Source: Candidatus Baldrarchaeota archaeon (GTDB taxonomy: Archaea > Asgardarchaeota > Baldrarchaeia > Baldrarchaeales > DXJG01). From it: a stretch of 64,000 nucleotides of DNA. The notes beneath the pieces were generated by a model that was given only the letters and a program-made list of their open reading frames with translations, was not told the DNA's origin and did no database searches. Each line of letters starts with the position of its first letter. Positions within the stretch are counted from its first letter, which is position 1. The translations under genes and the position numbers were made by a program. Location of the stretch: NCBI GenBank assembly GCA_019056805.1, contig DXJG01000002.1, positions 480,515 to 544,514 on the forward strand, written 5' to 3'. Shown here one piece after another: positions 1-9,223 of the stretch.

Positions 1-665
1 ACTACGCAGCAAGGATGATTCTTCCACAGTTCGCCACTTCTCACAAGATAATATCCGATATTTTTGGTAACTGCATCTGCACAAAATGGTTCCCACGCTA
101 CAAATCCATCAATGTCACCACCACTAAGCATTAACTCCATATTTGAAGGTCCAAATCCTCTAGTGATTGTAACATCCTTCTCAGTAAGATTAGCCTTTTC
201 TAATGCTAATAGTAATAAGAAATGTTGGACAGTTCCGTATCCAGGTATCGCAATATTCTTACCAGCTAGATCCTGTAGGCTATTAATCTGGGAATTTTTA
301 CCAACAATTATAGCACTACCATTAACGTTCACAGCAGAAATTACCGTTATGTTAATATCTGCGTTAATTCTTTTAATTAATGCAGGTGCAATGCCTAAAT
401 ATCCTATATCGATTTCACCAGCTTTGAACCCATCCATTTCAGCCATTCCATTTTGATATACACGAGTAACTATCTTTAATCCCTCTTCCTCAAACCACCC
501 CTTCTCTAAAGCAACAAACAAAGCTAAATGATGTAAATCCGCCTCCAAAAAACCTATTGTAATTGTTGGCTCCACTAGGTAGACGCTATACACGTAGTAA
601 CCCGTAAGAGAAACACCAAAAACAATAATAAGAATTATTATTGCTTTAGCTTTAGTTAATTCCAA
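1..665 (-). CDS. ABC transporter substrate-binding protein (NMT1/SsuA/TauA-like), 3' end runs off window
   Basis: The minus-strand reading frame is open from a TTG start at about 665 down to position 1, with GGGTGA about 6 nt upstream. It reads LELTKAKAIIILIIVFGVSLTGYY (signal/anchor) then EPTITIGFLEADLHHLALFVALEKGWFEEEGLKIV...DGFKAGEIDIGYLGIAPAL...IPGYGTVQHFLLL. This periplasmic-binding-protein pattern matches the aliphatic sulfonate/nitrate/thiamine-precursor binders. It is absent from the ORF track because no stop lies inside the window. Confidence 0.55.
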   Translation of the reverse strand, partial: MELTKAKAIIILIIVFGVSLTGYYVYSVYLVEPTITIGFLEADLHHLALFVALEKGWFEEEGLKIVTRVYQNGMAEMDGFKAGEIDIGYLGIAPALIKRINADINITVISAVNVNGSAIIVGKNSQINSLQDLAGKNIAIPGYGTVQHFLLLLALEKANLTEKDVTITRGFGPSNMELMLSGGDIDGFVAWEPFCADAVTKNIGYYLVRSGELWKNHPCCV

Positions 666-1010
666 TATAAGTCACCCAAGAAATTATATAATACCTAAAT
701 ATAAATTTCACTTTTAGGAAAAAAATATACCACAAAAAGGAAAAATTATTAATGTTATTTCCTTTTTAGGTTAAATATTATCACCATTGGTAACTAACAA
801 TGTTTATTATTCGATTTTGAAGAAATGCCAAAAATAACTTAAAATTGAAAGAGTGATATTATGCAGTATTTCTTCTGTCAATCTACTTCATTTTTAGCTT
901 GTTAGATTAATTATTAATTCTAACAGTTTATTTTATTTAATTAAATTAAAAATTAATGGTAATCGTTAAATTTAATTGAAGATAGGCGTAGTTTTCTTGG
1001 AGGTAAAAGC

Positions 1011-1502
1011 TTGACATGGGACTATGAGAGGATTAGAAACAAACTCCTTGAAGCAAGAGAACACTTAGTTAAGGCGCTTCAAAAACTTAAATCATCAAGG
1101 AACTGGTCTTTTCTAGACATGTTTCTTGGGAGAGGTCTCAGCCTCTTTGCCGATTTTATGGAACATGAAAAGTATGGCGAAGCGGTGGAGGAAATAAGAC
1201 GAGCAAAACATATAATATCTCAAGTTCAAGAACACATCGGCGATGTGGATTTAGAGGTGGATGACAGTTTATTCGGTACTTTTCTCGATATAGCCTTCGA
1301 TAATATTTTCATAGATTTTCTGAGACATGGAAGAATTAATAAGGCAAGAAAAAAGGTCATAGAAGTTATAAGGAAAATAGACAATGTATTGGCAACATTA
1401 AAACCCCCTAAAATCGTAGAAGAAGAAAGGTTTTGCTCCACTTGCGGAGCAAGTATACCAACTAGTTCAAAATTTTGTCCATACTGTGGAGCAAAACAAT
1501 AG
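1011..1502 (+). CDS. hypothetical protein with C-terminal double zinc ribbon
   Basis: A TTG start lies 8 nt after GGAGGT. The C-terminus reads CSTCGASIPTSSKFCPYCGAKQ, a CxxC-x10-CxxC ribbon. Confidence 0.5.
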   Translation: MTWDYERIRNKLLEAREHLVKALQKLKSSRNWSFLDMFLGRGLSLFADFMEHEKYGEAVEEIRRAKHIISQVQEHIGDVDLEVDDSLFGTFLDIAFDNIFIDFLRHGRINKARKKVIEVIRKIDNVLATLKPPKIVEEERFCSTCGASIPTSSKFCPYCGAKQ

Positions 1503-1623
1503 GATAGCATTGCAACAACTTTAAAATCTTTTCAACATTTTCCAAATACATATCCCTGCTTAGTGTTTAAACTATCTTAGATTAATTTGAATAATAAATC
1601 TGAATTTATGAATTTACTGAAGG

Positions 1624-3759
1624 TTGCAGAGGTTGAAATCACAACGAATTCTAATAGTATCAGAGAAATATAAACAGGCTTTAGCCATTGCGAAAGCTCT
1701 TGGTAAGGTCAAGAGAGAAACACTTAACAATGTGCCAATTCTTTTTGTAAATGCTAACAATTCTAACATCGTTATTGTTCCTCTCCGCGGACATATTACA
1801 GAATATACAACTAAACCAGAATATGAAAAATGGTCGAAAACCGATCCAAAACTCATATTACTAGACAAGAATGCCTTAGAAAGGGTATATAAAGAAATAA
1901 AATACATTAAAGCCTTAAAAACGTTGGCAAAACAATGTGATGAACTAATATTTGCAACAGATGCTGACGAAGAGGGAGAAAATATCGCTTTAGAAGCGTG
2001 GGAAATTATTAGACAAGTAAATCCAAATCTTAAACCAAAACGACTCTGGCTACATACTCTAGTTCCAAGAGACATTCGAGAAGCTTTTAAAAACCTTATT
2101 GAGCCTAAATGGACTTGGGCATATGCAGTTGAAGCTAGAAGACAAATAGATGCTTTAATAGGCTTTGCCGCTACACGTGAACTTACACTAGCATTAAAAC
2201 CATTTCTGAAACAAATAGGAACTAACATTATCAGCGTTGGACGGGTCCAAACACCTACACTCTACCTTATATATGATAGAGAAAGAAAAATTAAAAATTT
2301 TATACCTGAACTTTACTGGAATCTATTAGCAGAAATAAATATCCATGGAGAAATTATTAAAGCAAAGCATGTGAAGTCTCCTTCAAAAGATAAAAACACG
2401 ATTTTTACCATTTATAATAAGATTAGAGGAGAAAAATTTGCAACACTAAAGGATATTAAGAGAAATGAAATCTATATCCAACCTCCAACACCATTTAACA
2501 CTACAGAAGCCCTAAAAACAATAACAAAAATACTTCCAATAACAGCTAAAACAGCCATGAGAATATTAGAAGACCTTTACTTAGACGCTTTAATAAGTTA
2601 TCCAAGAACCGACACTGACAAGTATTCTCCTTCTTTTCCTCATAGAGAAACTATTGCAAAATTTTTGAAAAGCAGAATATATCGTATGTATGCTGAAGAA
2701 ATTATGGAAAGAGGAGTTTTTAAACCTAGACAGGGCAGAGTGTTTAAAGGGGATCATGACCCTATCACCCCGATAGATGTAGCTGAACCTAATGATCGAA
2801 GATTTAGAACACAAAACCACTGGAAAGTATATGATATAGTTGTCAGAAGATATCTCGCGCTCTTCATGCCACCCGCAAAAGAACTTGGAATAAAACTGCT
2901 ATTTTTAATTAATGAAGAACAATTTAAAGCTGAAATAACCACTCTTCTTGAAGAAGGGTTCATGAAAGTTTGGCCATGGATGAAAAAAGAATACACCTTA
3001 ATACCGAAATTACCAAGACTTGGAGTTACACAAATTTATCCAATTAAAAAAATTTATACTGAAGAAAAAAAGACAAAACCGCCACCAAGACTTACCGAGA
3101 GTAATTTAATAGCTATGATGCAAAAATTTAACTTAGGAACAAAATCAACTAGACCACAACACATAGAAACCAATAAAAAACGAGGTTACATTATCAAAAA
3201 GGGAAGAAGTATATTTTGCTCCGACCTTGGATGGACTCTAGCTTCCAATTTAGAAAAAATTTGGCCAGAATTTGTTCTACCAAAATTCACCGCTAAGATT
3301 GAAGAAATGCTTCAAAAAATAATGGACGGATCAACCGATTGGATTAATGTTGTAGAAAATATAAGAAAAGAATTTTTAGACATGTTTGACAAGCTTAGAG
3401 AACGAAAACCAAAAATAGTTGGAGAAATCGAGAAAATCGTTGATAAAATGATGCAAGAAGGCATAACTTCTGAAACTTATGCTAAATGTTTAAAATGCGG
3501 AGGATCAATGATTTTAAGAAAGGGAAAAACTGGCAAACGATATATAAAATGCACCAATTGCGGTGAAACCCGCCCCTTACCTCAACGAGGATCTATTAGA
3601 ATACTTAAAACAAAAATTTGCCCAATATGTGGAAACAACGTTCTATCAATTTCTATTAGAAACTTTTCATATAAATTATGTCCAGTTTGTTGGATATCTA
3701 CGGGTATATGTGCAAAATGTACCTATAATGCTTGTAACATAAATAAAAAACAAAAATAA
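1624..3759 (+). CDS. DNA topoisomerase IA (Topo III/TopA type) with C-terminal C4 zinc ribbons
   Basis: TOPRIM motifs ILIVSEKYKQALAIAKALG and IFATDADEEGENIALE are present, together with the topo IA signatures GRVQTPTL and ISYPRTDTD. Three to four CxxC pairs lie in the last about 100 aa. At 711 aa with no helicase domain, this is not reverse gyrase. Confidence 0.85.
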   Translation: MQRLKSQRILIVSEKYKQALAIAKALGKVKRETLNNVPILFVNANNSNIVIVPLRGHITEYTTKPEYEKWSKTDPKLILLDKNALERVYKEIKYIKALKTLAKQCDELIFATDADEEGENIALEAWEIIRQVNPNLKPKRLWLHTLVPRDIREAFKNLIEPKWTWAYAVEARRQIDALIGFAATRELTLALKPFLKQIGTNIISVGRVQTPTLYLIYDRERKIKNFIPELYWNLLAEINIHGEIIKAKHVKSPSKDKNTIFTIYNKIRGEKFATLKDIKRNEIYIQPPTPFNTTEALKTITKILPITAKTAMRILEDLYLDALISYPRTDTDKYSPSFPHRETIAKFLKSRIYRMYAEEIMERGVFKPRQGRVFKGDHDPITPIDVAEPNDRRFRTQNHWKVYDIVVRRYLALFMPPAKELGIKLLFLINEEQFKAEITTLLEEGFMKVWPWMKKEYTLIPKLPRLGVTQIYPIKKIYTEEKKTKPPPRLTESNLIAMMQKFNLGTKSTRPQHIETNKKRGYIIKKGRSIFCSDLGWTLASNLEKIWPEFVLPKFTAKIEEMLQKIMDGSTDWINVVENIRKEFLDMFDKLRERKPKIVGEIEKIVDKMMQEGITSETYAKCLKCGGSMILRKGKTGKRYIKCTNCGETRPLPQRGSIRILKTKICPICGNNVLSISIRNFSYKLCPVCWISTGICAKCTYNACNINKKQK

Positions 3760-3777
3760 AAACAATTTAAGCCAAAT

Positions 3778-4410
3778 TCAAAGTTTTTCCATAACCTTTT
3801 TTACAAGTTCTCTCACAGCTTTTCTCCCGCCTAAAAACAAAGCTAATTCTGCAAGTCTTTCTACATGTCTTTCTAAGACAGGCATTATTATATCTTTTGA
3901 TTGAGTATCTAAGCTTGTTACGAGGTCTATTAATTCGCTTAAGGTATCAAAAACGCTTCTAAACATGTCATAAACATACATAGGAGCGTCTGAAACTCTT
4001 CTCTTCGCAATTAGATTCCCAACATTATAGTAAACTTCTTTAACAACAATTTCAGGAGAAGCACCATTTCCAAGTTTGTTGAGACCGTTCTTTAGGATTT
4101 CCTCTACGGTATTTTGCATTTGCCAAATCTGTTCATTGCTTTTACTTTTGCTCTCAAAAAATACCGCTAACGCATAGTGTTCAACTTCTTTTGTTTTTCC
4201 AAAGAAAATACATGCTATCATACCTAAATCTGGAAAAAGAGTTTGTACACAACCTTCAGCTTCGCTCAAATCTTTTGCACCACTGCTTACCCAAACATCC
4301 AAAGCCATATTCCAAAGTTTCTCTCGAGGGATAAATCCCTCGGGAAACATAGCCTCCGCTATAGGTCCCAGTTTATAATCAAACTTAATAAGAAGTACAC
4401 CTTTGAGCAT
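3778..4410 (-). CDS. longin-like domain protein (family member 1 of 3 in window)
   Basis: The N-terminus MLKGVLLIKFDYKLGPIAEAMFPEGF fits a profilin/longin-like alpha-beta pattern, followed by a helical C-terminal half. It lies 18 nt downstream of the KaiC-like gene on the same strand. It is a paralog of 6189-6839 and 8613-9089. Confidence 0.55.
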   Translation of the reverse strand: MLKGVLLIKFDYKLGPIAEAMFPEGFIPREKLWNMALDVWVSSGAKDLSEAEGCVQTLFPDLGMIACIFFGKTKEVEHYALAVFFESKSKSNEQIWQMQNTVEEILKNGLNKLGNGASPEIVVKEVYYNVGNLIAKRRVSDAPMYVYDMFRSVFDTLSELIDLVTSLDTQSKDIIMPVLERHVERLAELALFLGGRKAVRELVKKVMEKL

Positions 4411-4428
4411 TTATAAGCCACACACCAA

Positions 4429-5835
4429 TTATTCTATCGGAACGAGACGAGTTTCAATATAACCTTTCTCAGTGCTTACGGTCATAACATACATTTCGGT
4501 CCTAGGTATAAGTCCGTAAATTACAGTAGTTCCTTCAATATTTTCCAACTTAAAGTGGGTAGTAGCCATATGGCAAAGCGTTCTAATAAGTTTCTGACCA
4601 TATTTTACTATAGCTAGAACCAAAAGATTTCTAGTCCTTGAAAGTATAGACAACTGACTCAGAAACTTGTAAACAGTTTGAGGATCATATATATGTTCCA
4701 CCGTATCCACACCAATAATAAAAGCCAAGTCCCTGCTACCAACTTTTTCTCTTAATTCATTTACTGCTTTCGAAGCTATTTGATGTGCTTTAGCAACATC
4801 TCCTCTCGGTATTTTTAAAATATAGGGCTTTTCAGCTTCTGCTTCTTCAACCTCTAAAATCCTAACGCACGCATTAAATTTTTCTTCTCCAACAAAGGGA
4901 ATAATCCACTTTTCTAACTCTTCGACAGGTTCTCCTTCACATGGAATAATCATCACTGGTATATTATGTTGGACAAGATTTGCCACAAGAGGGGCTACAA
5001 GCCAAAGATAGTATGGTCCTACTTCTTCTCCGATTTCTAAGAGGTTAAAGCTTCCTCTTCTATAACCTCCAGCCGTTAAATTGTTTAAATCTTCCACTCC
5101 CGTTGAAATTCTCTCCTTACTCGTGATTAAAGGCGGACTGACAACTTTCTCAGGGAAGTAAATTGGTTCATCTCTGAAGTGCGTAAATCTTCCATCTTTT
5201 AAAGTAAAAAGAAATGTAGGTTTCTTAATTTCTTCCCCCCTTATTTTCTCAAATATAATTTTTCTAATAAGTCTCCCTTGGATAATTTCACGAGTTAAAG
5301 TTACGATCCCATCGACTAGATAATCTATAGTTAACGCTTCATATCTTTCTACAACAAATATCACATTAGAATTGGTAGATTCTCCCAATTCTAATAAAGC
5401 TCTTTCTATTCTTAAATTTTCTAATGGAATATCCAAATTAGTTTTTAATGCGTCTAAACTATCGATCACGATTGTAACTGGTCGCTTTTTTGAACTCTCA
5501 ATTTTAGCATATAAAGCTCTTAAGAAATCAGGCTCGTCTGAATATTCAAAAAGTATATATTCTGGAGCTGACACAGGAATCTGGGGTTTTCTAGCATCTA
5601 AAATGTTTTCTTCGGGAATACTATCTTTAATCCAAGGAAACTGCCTTAAAAGTTTCTTGCTTGACACACGTGTAGAAACATAATAGCTTGTTCCATTTAT
5701 TCCCATCTTCTTAATTAATTCCAAAGCTAAAGTTGTTTTTCCCGTACCAGCTAAGCCTTTTATTAATAGAGAAAAACCACCCTTGTTTAAAGCACTAATC
5801 AGTTCTTTTGGCACACCAAAAGAAACACTAACCAT
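4429..5835 (-). CDS. KaiC-like double RecA-fold ATPase (second domain degenerate)
   Basis: The N-terminal Walker A is GLAGTGKTT within MVSVSFGVPKELISALNKGGFSLLIKGLAGTGKTTLALEL, and a Walker B-like IVIDSLD follows. The second RecA-like half (…GGYRRGSFNLLEIGEEVG…) lacks an intact P-loop. Confidence 0.75.
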   Translation of the reverse strand: MVSVSFGVPKELISALNKGGFSLLIKGLAGTGKTTLALELIKKMGINGTSYYVSTRVSSKKLLRQFPWIKDSIPEENILDARKPQIPVSAPEYILFEYSDEPDFLRALYAKIESSKKRPVTIVIDSLDALKTNLDIPLENLRIERALLELGESTNSNVIFVVERYEALTIDYLVDGIVTLTREIIQGRLIRKIIFEKIRGEEIKKPTFLFTLKDGRFTHFRDEPIYFPEKVVSPPLITSKERISTGVEDLNNLTAGGYRRGSFNLLEIGEEVGPYYLWLVAPLVANLVQHNIPVMIIPCEGEPVEELEKWIIPFVGEEKFNACVRILEVEEAEAEKPYILKIPRGDVAKAHQIASKAVNELREKVGSRDLAFIIGVDTVEHIYDPQTVYKFLSQLSILSRTRNLLVLAIVKYGQKLIRTLCHMATTHFKLENIEGTTVIYGLIPRTEMYVMTVSTEKGYIETRLVPIE

Positions 5836-6188
5836 AGATAGTCACCCTTATTCTTGGAAATAAACCGTTTAATTATTTTTTCTTTTAGTTTTATAAAGTC
5901 TTAAATATTTATTGTATTGATAGATTTTAAATTTTCGGTATTTACACCTAACTTCGTAATTTAGACCGTTTAAAGACGAATGACGACTTAAAAACCAGAT
6001 AACCTTCAATGTTTACAAATAATATAATTTCACTTAGCTGGGATTTTAAAAAAGCTAATTCTTCCTTTACAAAGTGTTAGAGGCTTATAGTAAAATTAAT
6101 ATTGGGTTGAAATTAAATGTAGTATCATGTATAATAACATTGTACTTAAAAATCGAGGGGGTTCAAAAGACGTCGTGAGGGAGCTTTC

Positions 6189-6839
6189 GTGTTAAAAGGA
6201 GTCTTACTAGTTCGATTCGATTCAAAACTTGGACCAATACCAGAAGGAATGTTTCCACAAGACTTCATAGACAGAAATAAGATTCCAGAGATAACCATGC
6301 AAATCTGGGCTAATCTTCCTAAAGCTGGTGGCAACGGCTACACCCTAGTTAACTTCAACAAAATAAATTTGTTTGGTTTTCTTCTTTACGATGAAGATGG
6401 CAATCTAGGACCGTACTGTATAGCAAGTTTTTTTGATTCTGATGCTGTGGCCGAAATATGGGGGAGATTTGAAGATATTAAAAAACTAATGGAAATTATA
6501 AATAACAAAATTAAAGAAAAACTACCTGTTCAGGTCGCGTTACAGGAACTCTATGAAAATATCATGAAGATTATTACAAGGCCTATCATAAGTGGAGTTT
6601 TAAAAGACAATGTTTATTCTACTTTTAAAGAGGTTTTTGAAAACTTAGCTTATTTAATATCAACTATAAAAAACATAAAAGATGAAGATATTAAGAAAAA
6701 AATGATCGAGAAAGTAAAAAACTTGTCCGAAAACCTGTTAACATTATCAATATTATGGGGTGGAAGAGAAATAGCAACTCTTCTAATAAAACGGTTATTG
6801 TCATCAACTACTACTCCTAAGGAAAAACTAAAATTTTAA
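6189..6839 (+). CDS. longin-like domain protein (family member 2)
   Basis: A GTG start follows GAGGGAG. The N-terminus MLKGVLLVRFDSKLGPIPEGMFPQDF is near-identical to that of 3778-4410. It is divergently oriented from the KaiC operon. Confidence 0.55.
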   Translation: MLKGVLLVRFDSKLGPIPEGMFPQDFIDRNKIPEITMQIWANLPKAGGNGYTLVNFNKINLFGFLLYDEDGNLGPYCIASFFDSDAVAEIWGRFEDIKKLMEIINNKIKEKLPVQVALQELYENIMKIITRPIISGVLKDNVYSTFKEVFENLAYLISTIKNIKDEDIKKKMIEKVKNLSENLLTLSILWGGREIATLLIKRLLSSTTTPKEKLKF

Positions 6840-6862
6840 CTAGGTTTTAATTTAGTTAATTA

Positions 6863-6926
6863 TTGGCGATGATGAGACTCGCATCGGCCGATGAAATGAG
6901 GTTAACGGTGGGCTTGCTGAGTCTCC
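6863..6926 (+). ncRNA. candidate archaeal C/D box sRNA (2'-O-methylation guide)
   Basis: It is a GC-rich island in AT-rich intergenic DNA. A C box ATGATGA sits at 6869-6875, followed by a 12-nt guide and a degenerate D' box CCGA. A C'-like GATGAAATGA element follows, and the D box CTGA sits at 6917-6920. Orientation is set by the C and D boxes. Confidence 0.35.
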
Positions 6927-6983
6927 ATATTTAAATGTAGACAATCTTTTTAGGCGTTTTCAATTCGATATGAAAGTTTTGCT

Positions 6984-7481
6984 TTATAATTCGCGGTGTT
7001 CTCTAATAACTGCTTTTAGATTTTTGTAAGTTTCATTTAACGCCTCAGATATAACTTTTGTATTTGCTATTACAGGCATAAAATTGGTATCACCGGTCCA
7101 CCTAGGCACAATATGTACATGTACATGGTCTTCTATTCCAGCACCGGCAACCCTGCCTATATTCACGCCAATATTAAATCCATCAGGCTTCATAACCTTT
7201 CTTATCACTTCTAATGAAAAATTAACAAGCTTAAAAATCTCTAGAAGTTCATCATCATCTAAATTCTCCAAGGAAGGAATATGTCTATAGGGCGCAACCA
7301 TTAAATGCCCATTATTGTAGGGGAAGGCATTCATAATTATGAAAGCCTTTTTACCTCTATAAAGAATAAGATTCTCTTCATCTTTTTTCTCTTTCACCTT
7401 TTGACAAAAAATGCAACCTCGAGGTTTTTTCATTTTAATGTATTTAATTCTCCAAGGAGCCCACAATCTTTCCATATTCAT
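6984..7481 (-). CDS. HIT family hydrolase
   Basis: The histidine triad HVHVHIVPR is present, and an N-terminal CIFC motif. Confidence 0.8.
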   Translation of the reverse strand: MNMERLWAPWRIKYIKMKKPRGCIFCQKVKEKKDEENLILYRGKKAFIIMNAFPYNNGHLMVAPYRHIPSLENLDDDELLEIFKLVNFSLEVIRKVMKPDGFNIGVNIGRVAGAGIEDHVHVHIVPRWTGDTNFMPVIANTKVISEALNETYKNLKAVIREHREL

Positions 7482-7575
7482 TCACCTTTAACCATATATT
7501 TAAATGCAAGCTTAAGATTTCTAATAACCCATACGTATGATAAGGATTTGGATCAGTATCTTGGGGTCGAATTAA

Positions 7576-8451
7576 ATGAGCTGGAACATTCTTGTCACAT
7601 GCTTGTTGGCTTTAGGCCTAGGAGTATTGCAGGGCTGCTTAGAATGGATTCCTGTAAGTAGTGAAGCTTTCTTAATGATTTATTTAATAGTTATTTTAAA
7701 ACTTGACCCCCTAACTGCCTTAGCTATCTCTATCTTCCTACACTTCTCTACAATGCTTACAGTTGTTATATATTTTAAAAAGGATTTTATTGGAGCATTA
7801 AAAGTTTTAATCAATATTTTTAATATGGAAAAAAGAAGCAATACAAGGAATAATGCCGTTTTTAAACTTCTTGTAACATCATTTATAGGATCCATTATCT
7901 CTGGTGGCGCCACTTACATGTTTTACACGATTCTCCTTAAAACACTTGAAAAAAGTTTTTTGGAGACTGTTGGTTTATTCATCTTAATTTTAATAGGCAT
8001 TGCGATGGTTTTCACCGGATTTCTAATGAAAAAACAAGCTATAGGGCTTAGAACACTTGAAGAAGCAAATGAAGTCGACGGTTTATTGGGAGGTTTAGCT
8101 CAAGGGTTGGCGGTTATCCCTGGAATTAGTAGATCAGGTATTACACTAGCAACATTTCTTTATAGGAAATTTCAAAAAGAAGACGCCTTAACAATTTCTT
8201 TCCTAATATATGTCTCTGCGGTGATTCTATCCACTTTATACTACCTTTTAGTAAATAATATCATCATTATGATCCAAAGTGTGGGAATTTTCTTCTTTAC
8301 TATCGCATTTGTTTCTACATTTGTTTCTTCTTTAATAACTATGAAAAGTTTTCTCTATGTAGCTAAAAAACTGAGTTTTTCTAGGTTCTTGATTTCTATA
8401 GGTGTTTTAATTTTTGTATTAAATCTTTTTGTCCTTTTTTTGTCGAGATAA
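7576..8451 (+). CDS. uppP: undecaprenyl-diphosphatase (BacA/UppP family)
   Basis: GVLQGCLEWIPVSSEAFLM and PGISRSGITLATFLY match the two BacA signature blocks. The protein is polytopic. Confidence 0.8.
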   Translation: MSWNILVTCLLALGLGVLQGCLEWIPVSSEAFLMIYLIVILKLDPLTALAISIFLHFSTMLTVVIYFKKDFIGALKVLINIFNMEKRSNTRNNAVFKLLVTSFIGSIISGGATYMFYTILLKTLEKSFLETVGLFILILIGIAMVFTGFLMKKQAIGLRTLEEANEVDGLLGGLAQGLAVIPGISRSGITLATFLYRKFQKEDALTISFLIYVSAVILSTLYYLLVNNIIIMIQSVGIFFFTIAFVSTFVSSLITMKSFLYVAKKLSFSRFLISIGVLIFVLNLFVLFLSR

Positions 8452-8612
8452 TAGTAGTGAAAAATTATTTAGGTAACCTTTTCATATTTTTTTAATAGAG
8501 CGATTTAAATTAGCTACATAGTTAGTCTAAAAACACAAACTTTATAACTAATATTGTAGTAACAAATACTGCTACTAAAGAATACCTAAATCTAGAAGTA
8601 ATATTTCTTGAC

Positions 8613-9089
8613 ATGATACCTGTTTCGTTTCATAATGATGTGAAGGGATATGTTATGAAAATCAAAGGAAATTATAACAGCAAACTAAAGGGCATTGTTT
8701 TAGGACGTTTATTACCAACCTTACCAAGTCCGCATTTCATATATCCTAACGATTTTTTAAATACTAAAGAGCTCAGGTACGTTATTATGCAGGCATGGTT
8801 AAACTATGGTAGCACAACATGGACGGATAAACCTGAATTTGTATTTGTACACTATAACTGGCTTAAAATGATAGGATGCGCATACTTTGATAAATCAAAT
8901 CATCTTGGAGAATATACACTTATTTGCATGTTTGATGAAAATGAAGGCGTAAAAGTTTGGAAGTATCTTCCGAAAATTAAAGAGTTCTTGGAAAAGGCTA
9001 GCCAAAAAATACGACACGAACAGAACATGGTCACAATAATAAAAAACTTATACAGGGAACTTTCAGAGAAAATATCACAATTAGAATAA
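8613..9089 (+). CDS. longin-like domain protein (family member 3); true start probably ATG at 8655
   Basis: LKGIVLGRLLPTLPSPHFIYPNDF...W..G...IGCAYFDK...YTLICMFDE...W aligns position-by-position with LKGVLLIKFDYKLGPIAEAMFPEGF...W..G...IACIFFGK...YALAVFFES...W of 3778-4410. It lies immediately upstream of the TrmB-GTPase pair. Confidence 0.45.
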   Translation: MIPVSFHNDVKGYVMKIKGNYNSKLKGIVLGRLLPTLPSPHFIYPNDFLNTKELRYVIMQAWLNYGSTTWTDKPEFVFVHYNWLKMIGCAYFDKSNHLGEYTLICMFDENEGVKVWKYLPKIKEFLEKASQKIRHEQNMVTIIKNLYRELSEKISQLE

Positions 9090-9223
9090 TTTTATTAAAT
9101 GATAAAGCGGTAAGTAAAGTATATTTTAGATTGCTAGTTTTGACAAAACGTTTTCATGTAGTAACATTTATTATTACCATTGTACTAATTTATAGATATA
9201 CTCTATTACAAATAATATGTGGG

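Noticed and set aside
64-456. 130-aa + strand ORF from the track
   Set aside because: Low-complexity Ser/Pro/Ile-rich translation with no motif. It lies antisense to a well-supported periplasmic binding-protein frame on the minus strand.
1614-2228. 204-aa minus-strand ORF
   Set aside because: It is entirely antisense to the topoisomerase gene and has a low-complexity composition.
1624-3759. Possibility that the topoisomerase is reverse gyrase (thermophile marker)
   Set aside because: Only 711 aa with no N-terminal helicase/ATPase domain. The TOPRIM and zinc ribbons alone fit Topo III/TopA.
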